Shown piece after piece: positions 42,790 through 52,365 of a stretch of 64,000 nucleotides of DNA. The translations under genes and the position numbers were made by a program. The stretch lies in the NCBI RefSeq assembly GCF_003019035.1, contig NZ_CP027447.1; one strand, 5' to 3'. The notes under the pieces were generated by a model. It was not told where the DNA came from, did no database searches, and saw only the letters and a program-made list of their open reading frames with translations. Numbering within the stretch: the first letter of the stretch is position 1; each line of letters opens with the position of its first letter. This stretch comes from Escherichia coli. GTDB taxonomy: Bacteria > Pseudomonadota > Gammaproteobacteria > Enterobacterales > Enterobacteriaceae.

Positions 42790-44327
42790 TGGGCCGTATT
42801 CTGGATATTTCCGGGCAGCCGTTTGATTTTGACGATGAAATGCAGACCCGCAGCGATGAGCTGGCAATGGTCATGAAGCGTACGCAGGAGCATCCTTCCA
42901 GTGGTGTGACGCCGAACCGGGCCGCGCAGATGCTGCGTGATGCCGAACGCGGTGATCTGACCGCACAGGCTGACCTGGCCTTTGATATGGAAGAAAAGGA
43001 CACCCACCTTTTTTCCGAACTGAGCAAGCGCCGCCTTGCCATTCAGGCGCTGGAATGGCGCATCGCTCCGGCACGTGATGCCAGCGCACAGGAGAAAAAA
43101 GACGCCGACATGCTGAATGAATATCTGCATGATGCGGCGTGGTTTGAAGATGCCCTGTTTGATGCCGGTGATGCCATTCTCAAGGGTTATTCCATGCAGG
43201 AGATTGAATGGGGCTGGCTGGGCAAAATGCGCGTGCCGGTGGCGCTGCATCATCGCGATCCGGCGCTGTTCTGTGCGAACCCCGACAATCTGAACGAATT
43301 ACGCCTGCGTGATGCGTCTTATCACGGGCTGGAGCTGCAACCGTTCGGCTGGTTTATGCACCGGGCCAAATCCCGCACCGGGTATGTCGGCACCAATGGC
43401 CTTGTGCGCACGCTTATCTGGCCTTTTATTTTTAAAAACTATTCCGTGCGTGATTTTGCAGAGTTTCTGGAAATTTACGGACTCCCCATGCGCGTTGGTA
43501 AATATCCGACCGGCTCAACGAACCGCGAGAAAGCCACGCTGATGCAGGCCGTGATGGATATCGGGCGACGTGCCGGTGGCATTATTCCGATGGGGATGAC
43601 GCTGGATTTTCAGAGCGCCGCAGATGGTCAGTCAGACCCTTTTATGGCGATGATTGGCTGGGCAGAAAAAGCGATTTCAAAAGCCATTCTGGGCGGCACC
43701 CTGACCACAGAGGCTGGCGATAAAGGTGCGAGGTCGCTGGGTGAAGTGCATGATGAGGTTCGCCGGGAAATCCGTAACGCGGATGTGGGCCAGCTTGCCC
43801 GCAGTATTAACCGTGACCTGATTTATCCCCTGCTGGCACTGAACAGTGACAGCACCATTGATATTAACCGCCTGCCGGGCATTGTATTTGATACCAGTGA
43901 AGCGGGTGATATTACGGCACTGTCTGACGCCATTCCGAAACTGGCGGCGGGAATGCGTATTCCGGTTTCCTGGATACAGGAAAAACTTCATATTCCACAA
44001 CCGGTCGGTGATGAAGCCGTGTTTACTGCTCAACCGGTTGTCCCGGATAACGGTCCGCAGAAAGAGGCCGCATTATCCGCTGAAGATATCCCGCAGGAGG
44101 ATGATATCGACCGGATGGGCGTCTCACCGGAAGACTGGCAGCGTTCGGTTGATCCCCTGCTGAAACCCGTCATTTTTTCTGTGCTGAAAGATGGCCCGGA
44201 AGCCGCCATGAACAAAGCTGCTTCATTATATCCGCAGATGGATGATGCAGAACTTATCGACATGCTGACCCGTGCCATTTTTGTTGCCGATATATGGGGG
44301 CGTCTGGATGCCGCAGCAGACCATTGA
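42789..44327 (+). CDS. Portal protein
   Basis: 512-aa ORF following terminase; ATG overlaps terminase stop. Confidence 0.8.
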   Translation: MGRILDISGQPFDFDDEMQTRSDELAMVMKRTQEHPSSGVTPNRAAQMLRDAERGDLTAQADLAFDMEEKDTHLFSELSKRRLAIQALEWRIAPARDASAQEKKDADMLNEYLHDAAWFEDALFDAGDAILKGYSMQEIEWGWLGKMRVPVALHHRDPALFCANPDNLNELRLRDASYHGLELQPFGWFMHRAKSRTGYVGTNGLVRTLIWPFIFKNYSVRDFAEFLEIYGLPMRVGKYPTGSTNREKATLMQAVMDIGRRAGGIIPMGMTLDFQSAADGQSDPFMAMIGWAEKAISKAILGGTLTTEAGDKGARSLGEVHDEVRREIRNADVGQLARSINRDLIYPLLALNSDSTIDINRLPGIVFDTSEAGDITALSDAIPKLAAGMRIPVSWIQEKLHIPQPVGDEAVFTAQPVVPDNGPQKEAALSAEDIPQEDDIDRMGVSPEDWQRSVDPLLKPVIFSVLKDGPEAAMNKAASLYPQMDDAELIDMLTRAIFVADIWGRLDAAADH

Positions 44328-45627
44328 TCTGGCGTATGCCGCACGCCTCCCGCCAAAGGAGGCTGTCGCGTATTTCCGCGCCAAAGGCTACAACATCACC
44401 TGGAACTGGTACGAACAACTGGCAGACGCGCACGCCCGCGCCTTTACCGTTGCCAAAGCCACCCGGATGGATGTCCTGACCACAATCCGTGAGGAAGTGG
44501 AGCGGGCTGTCAGTGAAGGCATCACCCGTGAGGAATTTACCCGCACACTGGCCCCCCGGCTGCAAAAACTCGGATGGTGGGGAAAACAAATCATCGTGGA
44601 TGCAGACGGAAACGCGAAGGTAATCGAGCTGGGCAGTCCGCGTCGTCTGGCAACCATTTATAACGTCAATACCCGTACGGCGTATGGGGCAGGACGTTAT
44701 GCGCAGATGATGAATACCGCCGATTTGTACCCGTACTGGCAGTACGTTGCCGTTATGGATGGCAGAACACGCCCGGAACATGCGCGGCTGCACAATATGG
44801 TTTTCCGGTATGACGACATTTTCTGGCAGACGCATTACCCGCCCAATGGCTGGAACTGCCGCTGTCGCGTCCGGGCGCTGTCTGCGGCCCGCATGAAAGA
44901 ACTGGGGCTACAGGTCAGTTATGGTGCGTCATTCATGAATACCCGCGAAGTGGATGCCGGTACGGATGAAAGCACCGGAGAGATTTTCCGCACATCGTCA
45001 ACCACGTTTGACAACGGTCGGGTAAAAATGACGCCAGATGTGGGCTGGTCATATAACCCTGGTTCGGCGGCATTTGGTACGGATCAGGCACTGATTCGAA
45101 AACTGGTGGAAATTCGCGACGCGCAGTTGCGTGAGCAGGTTGTTCAGACGCTGAATAACAGCCGGGAGCGTCAGCTTGCTTTTTCCCTCTGGCTTAAACG
45201 CTTGGCAGGATCACGTCAGACCGGTCATGAAATCTGGGCACTGGGTTTTATGACGGAATCGGTAGCTGAAGCCGTACATCAGCGCACCGGGAATATGCCA
45301 GCCCGTCTGCTTGTGATGAACGGGAAAAGTCTGGCGACCACTGCTGATGCCGCCCTGAAACCGGAGGATTTACAGCATCTGCCGTCGCTGATGGCAAAAC
45401 CACAGGCAGTATTGTGGGACAGGGAGAACCACCAGTTGCTGTATGTTGTGGCAACCCGTGACGGCATGGCCCGGATTGTGGTCAGAACATCACAGACAGT
45501 CGGCAGGCAGAATGACCGTGCGGATGTGCTGGTCAGTATCAGCCGCGTATCTGCACAGTCGCTTGAAACCGCGATTGCTGACGGGATGATTGACGTACTG
45601 GAGGGGCATGTGGAGGTGAATAAGTGA
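44308..45627 (+). CDS. F: Head morphogenesis protein F
   Basis: ORF 44272..45627; probable ATG 44308 (MPQQTIDLAYAARLPPKEAVAYF). Confidence 0.75.
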   Translation: MPQQTIDLAYAARLPPKEAVAYFRAKGYNITWNWYEQLADAHARAFTVAKATRMDVLTTIREEVERAVSEGITREEFTRTLAPRLQKLGWWGKQIIVDADGNAKVIELGSPRRLATIYNVNTRTAYGAGRYAQMMNTADLYPYWQYVAVMDGRTRPEHARLHNMVFRYDDIFWQTHYPPNGWNCRCRVRALSAARMKELGLQVSYGASFMNTREVDAGTDESTGEIFRTSSTTFDNGRVKMTPDVGWSYNPGSAAFGTDQALIRKLVEIRDAQLREQVVQTLNNSRERQLAFSLWLKRLAGSRQTGHEIWALGFMTESVAEAVHQRTGNMPARLLVMNGKSLATTADAALKPEDLQHLPSLMAKPQAVLWDRENHQLLYVVATRDGMARIVVRTSQTVGRQNDRADVLVSISRVSAQSLETAIADGMIDVLEGHVEVNK

Positions 45628-46094
45628 GTCTTGATATGAACGTTGCCGTGGATGTGCGACGTATTCAGCTTGCACTGGATGAACTGGGAACCGTTACACG
45701 TGACCGCGCCATTCCCCGTGTGATGGCTGCGGCGCTGCTGTCATCCACGGAACAGGCATTTGAACGGCAGGCAGACCCGGATACAGGGAAAGGCTGGGAA
45801 GCGTGGAGCGATTCGTGGCAGGCATGGCGTCAGGATCATGGTTTTGTTCCGGGCAGTATCCTTACCCTGCATGGCGATCTGGCACGCAGCATTACCACCG
45901 ATTATGGACAGGATTATGCCCTGATTGGTTCGCCAAAAATTTATGCTGCCATTCATCAGTGGGGCGGTACACCCGATATGGCACCCCGCCCGGCAGGCGT
46001 TCCTGCGCGTCCTTATATGGGGCTGGATAAGACCGGGGAACAGGAAATTTTTGATGCCATCAGAAAACGCGTCAGCGCTGCTCTGAGGCAATAA
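45624..46094 (+). CDS. G: Virion morphogenesis protein G
   Basis: 156-aa ORF overlapping F stop. Confidence 0.7.
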   Translation: MSLDMNVAVDVRRIQLALDELGTVTRDRAIPRVMAAALLSSTEQAFERQADPDTGKGWEAWSDSWQAWRQDHGFVPGSILTLHGDLARSITTDYGQDYALIGSPKIYAAIHQWGGTPDMAPRPAGVPARPYMGLDKTGEQEIFDAIRKRVSAALRQ

Positions 46095-46290
46095 ACTGAA
46101 TCAGACATGAAATCAGCTGCACAGATTTTTTAAAACGCGCCACGGGATTTTTAAACCGGTATTTAACGGTGTATGAATCCCGTTTTATCTTCCTTCCACT
46201 TTCTTTCTCCATTACTCAAATAGCATAACCCCAGATTTTCCCGCACCTCCCGCAAACTGACTGCTCACAAACCATGATGAGCAGCAGGAC
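46095..46290. promoter_or_regulatory. Central non-coding region: candidate strong gyrase site and late promoter for the I operon
   Basis: Only sizeable non-coding gap inside the late region, about 17.8-18.0 kb from the left end, i.e. near the centre of a ~36.7 kb Mu-type genome. Confidence 0.45.
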
Positions 46291-47376
46291 ATGAAAAAAC
46301 ACGCGATTGGCATTGCCGCACTGAGTGCGCTGTCCATTGACGATGACGGCTGGTGCCAGCTATTGCCTGCCGGTCATTTCAGTGCCCGTGATGGTCGTCC
46401 GTTTGATGTGACAGACGGTCAGGGGTGGTTCATCGACGGTGAGATTGCCGGGCGTCTGGTTGAAGGCGTTCGCGCGCTCAACCAGGACGTGCTGATTGAT
46501 TACGAGCATAACCAGCTACGTAAGGACAAAGGATTACCCCCGGAACAACTCGTCGCGGCTGGCTGGTTTAACGCCGATGAAATGCAGTGGCGTGAAGGTG
46601 AAGGGTTATTTATCCACCCACGCTGGACGGCGGCGGCCCAGCAGCGCATCGATGACGGCGAATTTGGTTATCTCTCTGCGGTTTTTCCGTATGACACCGC
46701 CACCGGTGCAGTGCTGCAAATCCGCCTTGCTGCGCTGACCAATGACCCCGGTGCCACCGGCATGAAAAAGCTGACCGCACTGGCGGCAGACCTTCCCGAC
46801 ATCCTTCAACAGGAGAACAAACCCATGAATGAAACGCTGCGCAAGCTGCTTGCGCGTCTTGGGGTGACGGTCCCCGAAAATGCAGACATCACCGATGAAC
46901 AGGCCAGCGCGGCCCTGAGTGCGCTTGATGCGCTCGAAACAGATGCCGGAAAAGTGGCGGCGTTGTCTGCCGAACTGGAAAAGGCACAGAAAGCCGCCGT
47001 TGACCTGACGAAATACGTCCCGGTGGAAAGCTACAACGCCCTGCGTGATGAACTGGCACAGGCGACTGCACAAAGCGCCACAGCCAGCCTGAGCGCCGTT
47101 CTGGACAAGGCGGAACAGGAAGGCCGCATTTTCAAAAGCGAACGTACCTATCTGGAACAGCTTGGCGGTCAGATTGGCGTGGCGGCACTGTCGGCACAGC
47201 TTGAGAAAAAACAGCCTATCGCTGCGTTATCTGCCATGCAGACCACCACAGCGAAAATCCCGTCGCAGGAAAAAACGGCGGTGGCGGTGCTGTCTGCTGA
47301 TGAACAGGCAGCAGTGAAGGCGCTCGGCATTACAGAGGCTGAGTATCTGAAAATGAAACAGGAACAAGAAAAATGA
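46291..47376 (+). CDS. I: Head protease/scaffold protein I
   Basis: 361-aa ORF; Ala/Glu-rich coiled-coil C-terminal half typical of scaffold. Confidence 0.8.
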   Translation: MKKHAIGIAALSALSIDDDGWCQLLPAGHFSARDGRPFDVTDGQGWFIDGEIAGRLVEGVRALNQDVLIDYEHNQLRKDKGLPPEQLVAAGWFNADEMQWREGEGLFIHPRWTAAAQQRIDDGEFGYLSAVFPYDTATGAVLQIRLAALTNDPGATGMKKLTALAADLPDILQQENKPMNETLRKLLARLGVTVPENADITDEQASAALSALDALETDAGKVAALSAELEKAQKAAVDLTKYVPVESYNALRDELAQATAQSATASLSAVLDKAEQEGRIFKSERTYLEQLGGQIGVAALSAQLEKKQPIAALSAMQTTTAKIPSQEKTAVAVLSADEQAAVKALGITEAEYLKMKQEQEK

Positions 47377-48290
47377 TTGTCACCCCGGCATCCATTAAAG
47401 CCCTGATGACCTCCTGGCGTAAGGATTTTCAGGGCGGTCTTGAAGACGCCCCGTCGCAGTACAGCAAAATTGCAATGGTGGTGAACTCCTCCTCCCGCAG
47501 TAATACCTATGGCTGGCTGGGTAAATTCCCTGCCATGAAAGAATGGGTGGGTAAGCGAACCATTCAGCAAATGGCAGCGCATGGCTACTCCATCGCCAAT
47601 AAAACGTTTGAAGGCACCGTGGGCGTAAGCCGTGATGACTTCGAGGATGACAATCTGGGCATTTATGCGCCGATGTTTCAGGAGATGGGCCGTTCTGCGG
47701 CAGTTCAGCCGGATGAGCTGATTTTTAAACTTCTGAAAGATGGCTTTACCCAGCCGTGCTATGACGGTCAGAACTTCTTCGACAAGGAGCATCCGGTATA
47801 TCCGAATGTGGACGGCACGGGCAGCGCGGTTAATACCTCCAACATCGTTGAGCAGGACAGCTTCAGCGGTCTGCCGTTCTATCTGCTGGACTGCTCCCGC
47901 GCAGTCAAACCGCTGATTTTCCAGGAGCGCCGCAAACCGGAACTGGTCGCACGTACCCGTATCGATGACGACCACGTTTTTATGGATAACGAGTTCCTGT
48001 TTGGTGCCAGCGCCCGCCGTGCTGCCGGTTACGGCTTCTGGCAGATGGCTGTCGCGGTAAAAGGTGATCTGACGCTGGATAACCTCTGGAAGGGCTGGCA
48101 ACTGATGCGTGCGTTTGAAGGTGATGGCGGTAAGAAGCTGGGCCTGAAGCCGACACATATCGTTGTACCGGTCGGGCTGGAAAAAGCCGCAGAGCAACTG
48201 CTTAACCGTGAACTGTTCGCGGATGGCAATACCACCGTCTCCAACGAGATGAAGGGCAAGCTGCAACTGGTTGTCGCTGACTACCTGTAA
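47373..48290 (+). CDS. T: Major head subunit T
   Basis: 305-aa ORF overlapping I stop; size matches Mu T. Confidence 0.85.
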   Translation: MIVTPASIKALMTSWRKDFQGGLEDAPSQYSKIAMVVNSSSRSNTYGWLGKFPAMKEWVGKRTIQQMAAHGYSIANKTFEGTVGVSRDDFEDDNLGIYAPMFQEMGRSAAVQPDELIFKLLKDGFTQPCYDGQNFFDKEHPVYPNVDGTGSAVNTSNIVEQDSFSGLPFYLLDCSRAVKPLIFQERRKPELVARTRIDDDHVFMDNEFLFGASARRAAGYGFWQMAVAVKGDLTLDNLWKGWQLMRAFEGDGGKKLGLKPTHIVVPVGLEKAAEQLLNRELFADGNTTVSNEMKGKLQLVVADYL

Positions 48291-48298
48291 CCGTCATT

Positions 48299-48322
48299 AA
48301 AAGGCGGTTCAGACCGCCTTTT
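48299..48322 (+). terminator. Hairpin downstream of T (possible partial terminator)
   Basis: AAAGGCGGT-TCAGA-CCGCCTTTT. Confidence 0.5.
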
Positions 48323-48356
48323 AACCTGATTTAAAGGAAAAGGAGGAGCATGTGTT

Positions 48357-48767
48357 ATGTCAGGCACTTCGCTTAATTCACAACGGCTGGACACTTCTCG
48401 CATCACTTGCACGGCGATTATTAAATGCCTTCGTCCGGTCTACCGCCGCGCCGGAATCGCCTTTACACGTGGCGAAAACACCGTGGAAGTCACCGAAGAA
48501 CAACTGGCGATCATTCGTGCCGACAGCGTGCTGTCTGTGGTATCTGCATCGTCAGCAGAAACGCTCGCTGAGGCTGGGGGGCTGGACGTTCTGGGTATGG
48601 GCGATCTGAACGCCCGTATCCGTGCGACCGTTGCCGGTCTGGATAAGGCAAACCCGGAACACTTTACCGCAGGGGGGGAACCCAAAGTGAAAGCCGTCAG
48701 TGCGGCGCTGGGGGAACCGGTGAGCAGTGCGCAAATCAAAGCGGCGCTGGCTGAGGCGGATGCATGA
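48357..48767 (+). CDS. Head-tail region protein (Mu gp35 position)
   Basis: 136-aa ORF with AGGAGG RBS at 48341. Confidence 0.55.
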   Translation: MSGTSLNSQRLDTSRITCTAIIKCLRPVYRRAGIAFTRGENTVEVTEEQLAIIRADSVLSVVSASSAETLAEAGGLDVLGMGDLNARIRATVAGLDKANPEHFTAGGEPKVKAVSAALGEPVSSAQIKAALAEADA

Positions 48768-49189
48768 ATTACGCGACGGTAAATGACCTGTGCGCCCGCT
48801 ATACACGTACGCGGCTGGATATTCTCACCCGCCCTAAAACAGCGGACGGGCAGCCGGATGATGCCGTGGCAGAACAGGCACTGGCAGATGCTTCGGCCTT
48901 TATTGATGGCTATCTCGCCGCGCGCTTTGTTCTGCCGCTTACCGTCGTCCCCTCACTGCTGAAACGGCAGTGTTGCGTGGTGGCCTGGTTTTATCTGAAT
49001 GAATCACAACCCACCGAGCAGATCACCGCTGCCTACAGGGACACAGTGCGCTGGCTGGAACAGGTGCGCGATGGCAAAACAGATCCCGGCGTGGAAAGCA
49101 GGACGGCAGCCTCGCCGGATGGTGAAAACCTTGTGCAGGTGCAGTCTGACGCGCCGGTCTTCTCACGAAAACAGAAGGGGTTTATCTGA
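48764..49189 (+). CDS. Head completion/connector-like protein (Mu J position)
   Basis: 141-aa ORF, overlapping starts and stops. Confidence 0.55.
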   Translation: MNYATVNDLCARYTRTRLDILTRPKTADGQPDDAVAEQALADASAFIDGYLAARFVLPLTVVPSLLKRQCCVVAWFYLNESQPTEQITAAYRDTVRWLEQVRDGKTDPGVESRTAASPDGENLVQVQSDAPVFSRKQKGFI

Positions 49190-49737
49190 TGCTGGAAGAA
49201 ACCGAAGCCGCACTGCTGGCGCGCGTTCGTGAGTTGTTTGGGGCAACCCTGCGGCAGGTGGAACCCCTTACCGGCACATGGACTAACGAGGATGTGCACC
49301 GTCTCTTTCTGGCCCCGCCATCGGTATTTCTGGCATGGATGGGCTGTGGTGAGGGGCGTACGCGTCGGGAAGTTGAAAGTCGCTGGGCATTTTTTGTCGT
49401 GGCGGAGTTGCTGAACGGGGAACCGGTAAACCGGCCCGGTATTTATCAGATTGTGGAGCGACTGATTGCCGGTGTTAACGGTCAGACGTTTGGCCCGACC
49501 ACCGGGATGAGACTGACGCAGGTCAGAAATCTTTGTGACGACAACCGTATCAATGCCGGTGTGGTGCTTTACGGCGTTCTGTTCAGTGGCACTACCCCGC
49601 TGCCGTCCGTGGTGGACATGGATTCGCTGGATGATTACGAGCGTCACTGGCAGACCTGGAAATTCCCGGACGAAACCCCGGAATTTGCCGCACATATCAA
49701 TGTGAATCAGGAAAAGGATCATGATGCTGAAAATTAA
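49189..49737 (+). CDS. Tail completion-like protein (Mu K position)
   Basis: 182-aa ORF. Confidence 0.55.
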   Translation: MLEETEAALLARVRELFGATLRQVEPLTGTWTNEDVHRLFLAPPSVFLAWMGCGEGRTRREVESRWAFFVVAELLNGEPVNRPGIYQIVERLIAGVNGQTFGPTTGMRLTQVRNLCDDNRINAGVVLYGVLFSGTTPLPSVVDMDSLDDYERHWQTWKFPDETPEFAAHINVNQEKDHDAEN

Positions 49738-49927
49738 ACCCGCAGCGGGAAAAGCCATCCGTGACCCGCTCACGATGAAATTACTGGCTCCGGAGGGAGA
49801 AGAAAAGCCCCGTAACAGTTTCTGGATACGTCGCCTTGCTGCCGGTGATGTGGTTGAAGTCGGGAGCACCGAAAACACGGCGGATGATACCGACGCTGCG
49901 CCGAAAAAACGGAGTAAATCGAAATGA
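49721..49927 (+). CDS. Small protein preceding sheath gene
   Basis: 68-aa ORF, overlapping neighbours. Confidence 0.45.
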
Positions 49928-51411
49928 GCGATATTTCATTTAACGCGATCCCGTCAGATGTTCGCGTTCCTCTGACGTATATCGAATTTGATAACAGTAA
50001 TGCCGTCAGCGGAACACCGGCACCCCGTCAGCGCGTGCTGATGTTCGGGCAAAGCGGAAGTAAAGCCAGTGCGGCACCAAACGTGCCTGTCCGTATCCGT
50101 TCCGGCTCACAGGCCAGTGCGGCGTTTGGTCAGGGTTCCATGCTGGCACTGATGGCAGATGCATTCCTGAACGCTAACCGCGTGGCGGAGCTGTGGTGTA
50201 TTCCGCAGGGGAACGGCACCGGTAATGCGGCTGTCGGTGAAATTTCACTGTCAGGAACGGCAGGCGAAAACGGCTCGCTTGTGACTTACATTGCCGGTCA
50301 GCGACTGGCGGTATCTGTCGCAGCAGGTGCAACGGGAGCGGCGCTGGCTGACCTGCTGGTTGCCCGAATCAAAGGCCAGCCTGATTTACCGGTGACGGCA
50401 GAAGTTCGCGCAGACAGCGGGGATGATGACACCCATGCAGATGTGGTTCTGAGTGCAAAATTTACGGGTGCATTATCTGCCGTGGACGTGCGCTGGAACT
50501 ATTACGCGGGTGAAACGACCCCTTACGGGATTATCACGGCATTCAAAGCCGCCTCCGGGAAAAATGGCAACCCGGATATCAGCGCAAGTATCGCGGGAAT
50601 GGGCGATCTGCAATACAAATATATTGTGATGCCCTATACCGATGAACCGAACCTGAATCTGTTACGCACTGAATTGCAGGAACGCTGGGGACCGGTCAAT
50701 CAGGCTGATGGCTTTGCTGTGACAGTGCTGTCCGGCACGTATGGGGACATTTCCACGTTTGGTGTCAGCCGTAATGACCATCTGATTTCCTGTATGGGGA
50801 TTGCCGGTGCACCGGAACCGTCATATCTGTACGCCGCCACACTGTGTGCCGTTGCCAGCCAGGCGCTTTCCATCGACCCGGCGCGTCCACTCCAGACGCT
50901 GACGTTGCCCGGAAGAATGCCGCCTGCGGTGGGGGATCGTTTCACCTGGTCAGAACGTAATGCGCTGCTGTTTGACGGCATCTCCACGTTTAACGTGAAT
51001 GATGGTGGTGAAATGCAGATTGAACGCATGATCACGATGTACCGCACAAACAAGTACGGTGACAGCGATCCGTCTTATCTGAACGTGAATACCATCGCCA
51101 CGCTGAGTTATCTGCGTTATTCGCTGCGAACCCGCATCACGCAGAAATTCCCGAACTACAAGCTGGCAAGTGATGGCACCCGCTTTGCCACCGGTCAGGC
51201 CGTGGTGACGCCATCCGTGATCAAAACGGAGCTGCTGGCACTGTTTGAAGAATGGGAAAACGCCGGACTGGTCGAGGATTTCGACACGTTCAAAGAGGAG
51301 CTGTATGTGGCACGTAACAAGGACGACAAAGACCGTCTTGATGTGCTGTGCGGCCCGAATCTGATTAACCAGTTCCGCATTTTCGCGGCACAAGTTCAGT
51401 TCATTCTGTAA
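49924..51411 (+). CDS. L: Contractile tail sheath protein L
   Basis: 495-aa ORF followed by small tube gene. Confidence 0.85.
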
Positions 51412-51420
51412 GGAGCATTT

Positions 51421-51777
51421 ATGGCTGGAAATCAGCGTCAGGGGGTGGCGTTCATCCGTGTCAATGGCATGGAGCTTGAAACGATGGAAGGTGCCTCCTT
51501 CACACCTTCCGGCATCACCCGTGAAGAAGTGACCGGCTCGCGGGTTTATGGCTGGAAAGGTAAACCACGTGCCGCAAAGCTGGAATGCAAAATTCCGGGC
51601 GGTGGTGATATCGGTCTGGATGAAATCATCGGCTGGGAAAACATCACGGCAGAGTTTCAGGCAGACACCGGTGAAACCTGGATGATGGCGAATGCCTGGC
51701 AGGCAGATGAACCGAAAAACGACGGCGGCGAAATTTCGCTGGTACTGATGGCAAAACAAAGCAAACGCATTGCATAA
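51421..51777 (+). CDS. M: Tail tube protein M
   Basis: 118-aa ORF directly after sheath. Confidence 0.8.
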   Translation: MAGNQRQGVAFIRVNGMELETMEGASFTPSGITREEVTGSRVYGWKGKPRAAKLECKIPGGGDIGLDEIIGWENITAEFQADTGETWMMANAWQADEPKNDGGEISLVLMAKQSKRIA

Positions 51778-51786
51778 GGGGAAACA

Positions 51787-52221
51787 ATGGACGAAATGAA
51801 TTTAGGTCCTGAAGCACAGGAACTGCATGACAGCATTGTGGCAGAAATTCAGTCCGGAGTGCTGAAACTGAAAGACGGCCTGCCGTTCGGCACCGGTGAC
51901 GAGACTGAAATGCAGTATGACGTGACACTGCGTGAACTGACCGCAGGCGATATGATTGATGCACAGGCGGCTGCTGAAAAGCTTGTAATGAGCAAGGAAG
52001 GTCCGGTGCTGGTCAGTTCCCCGTCCCGGATGGGACTGGAAATGCTGCGCCGACAGATTGCCAGCGTGGGCTGCATCAAAGGCCCGTTGTCGATGGCGCT
52101 GATTCGTAAGCTGTCTGTCGATGACTTCCAGCGTCTGTCGCTGGCCACAGAAATGTACGACATGGCTGTGGCGGCATCGCTGACACAAGAACGGGGGCGA
52201 GTGGCTGCGGTGCCGGAATGA
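51787..52221 (+). CDS. Tail assembly chaperone-like protein (Mu gp41 position)
   Basis: 144-aa ORF between tube and tape measure genes. Confidence 0.55.
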   Translation: MDEMNLGPEAQELHDSIVAEIQSGVLKLKDGLPFGTGDETEMQYDVTLRELTAGDMIDAQAAAEKLVMSKEGPVLVSSPSRMGLEMLRRQIASVGCIKGPLSMALIRKLSVDDFQRLSLATEMYDMAVAASLTQERGRVAAVPE

Positions 52222-52365
52222 TATTGAGAAAGCGGCGACAGCGATTGGCGTTATTCTGAAAAGTGGCCCGGAATGGGCCTTATCCCTTCCGCTGTCCCGC
52301 TTTTTCCGGCACTGCCAGCAGGCTAAAACCCTCTCTCAATATCACCGTTAAATCAGGAAATCTCT

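Noticed and set aside
47169-51759. Large minus-strand ORFs antisense to prophage head and tail genes (47169..48266, 49033..49878, 50950..51759)
   Set aside because: Fully overlapped by a continuous, translationally coupled plus-strand late operon; no independent support.
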